This document shows positions 61,115-64,000 of a stretch of DNA of 64,000 nucleotides, in pieces. The DNA comes from an uncultured delta proteobacterium. Its GTDB lineage: Bacteria; Desulfobacterota; GWC2-55-46. The stretch covers positions 38,236 through 102,235 of the forward strand of contig CAVSHY010000014.1 in the NCBI GenBank assembly GCA_963727865.1, written 5' to 3'. The position numbers and the translations under genes were made by a program. Each line of letters begins with the position of its first letter. The first letter of the stretch is position 1. The notes beneath the pieces were generated by a model, which was not told the origin of the DNA, made no database searches, and saw nothing but the letters and a program-made list of their open reading frames with translations.

Positions 61115-61586
61115 TGGAATACCGCGACACTGCGTCATTTGGAAAACGCCAAGAGTTTATCGCTATAGCCGAGTTATTGCGGCAAGGGTTCGACGATATT
61201 TGACCTTGGTGGATGATCAACAAATCGACTGTGTTGTCAGACAGTTGGTAAACAAGCGTCTGGTCTATTTGGACATCCAAATCAAAGCCAGATCATCTAA
61301 AGCAAGACGAAAAAATGCTGGAACATTTGCCGGTATGGAAATTCGAGAGCCCAGAAAAAATTTCTTCTTCATTTTTTATTCAGAGCAGGCTCGTTGCTAC
61401 TGGTCTCGGCCTTCCTCCATCCTGACACTTATAAAAGAGGCTAGTGAAAACAAAGCAGGAAAGAATAAAGGAAAGTACAGCATTGTATTTACCACCTATA
61501 GCCTTAAGACCGGTGAGGTTAGTCCTCGTCCACATTTTTCCAAATACCAAGATAATTTTCAATTACTGAGGGACATTACATTATAA
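61115..61586 (+). pseudogene. low-GC (~42%) foreign gene, frameshifted; PD-(D/E)xK-like nuclease candidate
   Basis: MEYRDTASFGKRQEFIAIAELLRQGFDDI* then the next frame continues LTLVDDQQIDCVV..YLDIQIKARSS..; GC is far below the window average. Confidence 0.4.
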
Positions 61587-61694
61587 AAGCTTAGCAATGG
61601 CACAAAGATACGTCCACCTGATGCCGTCGCATAAAAATACTAGTGGCAGGACGCTCGGGTTAGAGATTTAACGGGGTTGTTTTCAAAAAATCCC

Positions 61695-61895
61695 CATGCG
61701 TATGGTGAACAGCGCGTAAGAATGGAGGAAGGGCGAGCGAGCCGGGGCAGCGCGAGCGAAGCGATCTTAAGCGGCGAGTGAGGAGGGCTGGAGGCAGTAG
61801 CGCCAGAGAATCTCTATCCCGAAGCGCACGGTTAGCGCGCAAAAGGCTCTTAAGCAGGGGGCGGATACATACTGGATTGCGCGTTGTTCACCCTC
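61695..61895. mobile_element. ~200-bp MITE-like element related to repeat family C
   Basis: Terminal inverted repeats TGGTGAACAGCGCG ... CGCGTTGTTCACC; interior GCGAGCCGGGGCAG..GGCTGGAGGCAGTAGCGC matches the middle unit at 1490-1600. Confidence 0.55.
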
Positions 61896-61955
61896 GCCCT
61901 GGGATTAAATAGTCTGGTTTTGAGCCTTGTTCCGCTCAGCCCCCGGGATAATAGC

Positions 61956-62381
61956 TCACTTGCTCTGGTTGCAGAGGTACTCATACAGAAAATAGACTTT
62001 TTCTATCGTGTTCTTCCACCTGGCATTGTCAAAGCGGTTGGCCGTTTTGGAGTTGTCGGTATAATAGAGCGTTGTCTCGGTGACCCTGTATTCCTTTTTC
62101 TCGCATGAGATTTGGTAAAAGCTCAGATACCCGTTGACGGTCTTATCCTTCGATGGAGTGGGAAGGACGTTTATCTCCCCCTTGACCATCGCGCCGACGC
62201 TTTCCGTGGTCCGCTTTATGCTCGCTACGTCGACAAAAACCGTCTGCACGCTGTCTTTATGGATCACCTGATAGTTGGCCGCCAGCGCCGCGCCCCGCGA
62301 TAACACCAAAGCCGGGATCACGAACAGAAAGAGTTTATGCTTTCCGAAAGCCGCGGTAATCTTCCTCACCGTTTTTATCAT
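61956..62381 (-). CDS. secreted hypothetical protein
   Basis: Signal peptide LFLFVIPALVLSRGAALA; no recognisable domain. Confidence 0.45.
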   Translation of the reverse strand: MIKTVRKITAAFGKHKLFLFVIPALVLSRGAALAANYQVIHKDSVQTVFVDVASIKRTTESVGAMVKGEINVLPTPSKDKTVNGYLSFYQISCEKKEYRVTETTLYYTDNSKTANRFDNARWKNTIEKVYFLYEYLCNQSK

Positions 62382-62867
62382 CTTACCCTCCTAAAGCCCG
62401 GTCTTTCATCCGTATCCCGGCGTTCTTTATGTAGACGCGCCCGCGGATAAGGTGTTCGTATTTTAGAAGATTCGCGGCCTTAAAACAAGCGGAACTTCAC
62501 CTCCCGCTCAAACTTTGGTACTAACCGGAGGAAGGCGGGTATTAATCCCCGTAAATCCGAAAATTATCCTTTTGGATAATTGTCAGCGCCTGTTATTAAG
62601 TTATACTGATTGTAACATAAGGCCAGTCACCACAGGACGTTCCAGCGGGTAAGTTTATGCTATGCGTATACCTCAACGAGAGAACCTGGCGTTGCAACTG
62701 CACCGTCAACAGGGACAGCGACAGAGGATAAGGACGAAACTAATCTTCCGCCCCGGGTGTGCACCCTCAAGAACGACGAGTGCGCGTTCCGCCCCGCCGG
62801 CCCCTTCGGGCCATATGACAGGCCCGTAAGATAAATCCCGGCCTGGCGGTCTTTCCTGACAGGATGC

Positions 62868-63235
62868 TGAAAATGCAACGCGAGCGCCCTGCCCGCTGCA
62901 GCGGGGAGCTTCAAAAACCTTTTTTGGGGGGAACTTTCTGTTTTTTTAGCGGATATATGCTGACTCAATAGCTTTTAAATTCCGTGTCATTTATAAACAT
63001 TGGGCCGCCGGTTAATTAACCCGGCTCACGCGAAGGACTCCAAAAAAAAGATGGTTTATGCGCTGAAAAATTTCCCCCAGACCCCCTTCAAAGATTTTTA
63101 AAGTCCTGCGCGAGACCCCGCTCTTTTTCAGGCGCCCCATGAAGGATATTTTTAACGTCCTTCGCAAAACGCCGCTTATTTTCAGGTTCTCCATAAAGGA
63201 CTCTGAAAAAACTTACATTTGGAAGTTTTCCGCGG
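62868..63235 (+). repeat. two adjacent repeat family A copies/modules
   Basis: Module A at 62868-62940; modules E, B and C at 63040-63235; six-frame ORF 63012-63194 judged spurious. Confidence 0.75.
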
Positions 63236-63271
63236 GTGTTTTTTTCCGGCAGGCGTGGGAGAAAAATTTCT

Positions 63272-63640
63272 TCAGTTGCGAAGTATCTCGGAGACCGCGC
63301 TCTTTATGACTTTCATCTGTGAGGGCTTCGGAAGGTATTTGAGATTGTTACTGGTAAAGAAGGAGAGATGCTCATCGGAATGACCTGTGTAGAAGAGGAA
63401 CCTCTTTCTGACGCTCGGGTACTTCTCGACAGCCTTGTTGTAAAAATCTATGCCGTTCATGACAGGCATATCAATGTCGGCTATGATAACGGAGTAGTAG
63501 TTCTCTCCGAGTTTCCTGAGCGCCTCTTCGCCGTTCTCCGCGCTTTCGACGTTGCCGTTTTTAGAGAGAAGTATCTTAAGCACGTTGATTATGATCTTCT
63601 CATCATCCACGATGAGAATTTTTTCAGCCGGTTCCGCCAT
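63272..63640 (-). CDS. stand-alone CheY-like response regulator receiver
   Basis: KILIVDDEK.., ADIDMPVMNG, ..KP.. REC motifs; 122 aa. Confidence 0.85.
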   Translation of the reverse strand: MAEPAEKILIVDDEKIIINVLKILLSKNGNVESAENGEEALRKLGENYYSVIIADIDMPVMNGIDFYNKAVEKYPSVRKRFLFYTGHSDEHLSFFTSNNLKYLPKPSQMKVIKSAVSEILRN

Positions 63641-63852
63641 AAATTTATCCTTAAAAGACCACGTTACAAGGTTAATATACTCCCTTTTTAAGGATTTGTC
63701 AATTTTAAGTTAATATATACAACAAATGTTCAAAATACCCGCCTTTTTTAAGGTGTATCGCGGCCTTACGTTTTGTTATGATAAAGCGGTCAAGTTTAAC
63801 GAAATTTTATGGTTTTCAAGCTTACCCGGTAAAAAATCCGGCTAAAACCGGT

Positions 63853-64000
63853 TAACGCACCGCAAGATGGGACTTATTGCACCACTTGCATGTGATATAG
63901 TCCGGCTGAATTTCTCCTTTGCCGTATTTTATCGCGAGATCAACGGCTGATTCAGGGCTATCGGCGTAGACAAGAACGGATTTTTCATCGTCAGAGTGAC
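63853..64000 (-). CDS. partial CDS (C-terminal 49 aa), unknown function
   Basis: Open frame to the window edge ending ..ITCKWCNKSHLAVR*. Confidence 0.3.

Overview
This is a high-GC (~60%) bacterial chromosomal window with AT-rich intergenic regions. The gene content has an anaerobe, Geobacter/Desulfuromonadales-like flavour: several PpcA-like c7 triheme cytochromes, and a ThiC paralog (candidate bzaF) inside a cobamide operon controlled by a cobalamin riboswitch. I cannot prove the taxon from sequence alone. The gene layout, left to right, is:
- panD and a DUF502 membrane protein.
- A complete pentose-phosphate operon on the + strand: tkt, a tal-pgi fusion, a short gnd, zwf, glk and pgl.
- Three tandem PpcA-like cytochrome c genes on the - strand, with a frameshifted fourth paralog at 28.3 kb and a different triheme cytochrome at 48.6 kb.
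- lptF and lptG, then a cytochrome b561 gene with an OmpR/histidine-kinase two-component pair.
- A holin-like protein, suhB, and an FmdB-like zinc-ribbon protein.
- A disrupted U32 peptidase and ssb lying between two direct copies of a 191-bp MITE-like element.
- plsC, RNase J, an orphan MshE-like ATPase with an extra C-terminal zinc-ribbon tail, and radC.
- A heme cluster: a sirC-like gene, a hemX-like gene, hemA and hemC.
- yifB.
- On the - strand, a cobalamin riboswitch followed by cobO-cobU-cobT-cobS-cobC-cbiA and a ThiC-family gene.
- Many small secreted or hypothetical proteins, a REC-PilZ regulator, an IS-transposase fragment, a large TIG-repeat surface protein, an orphan bcsG, and a low-GC islet next to another MITE-like element.

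Two general caveats apply:
- At least eight genes carry single-base frameshifts at short homopolymers, which is most likely consensus or assembly error rather than true pseudogenes.
- The window is littered with at least three families of hairpin-rich interspersed repeats, and these generate many spurious small ORFs in the six-frame track.
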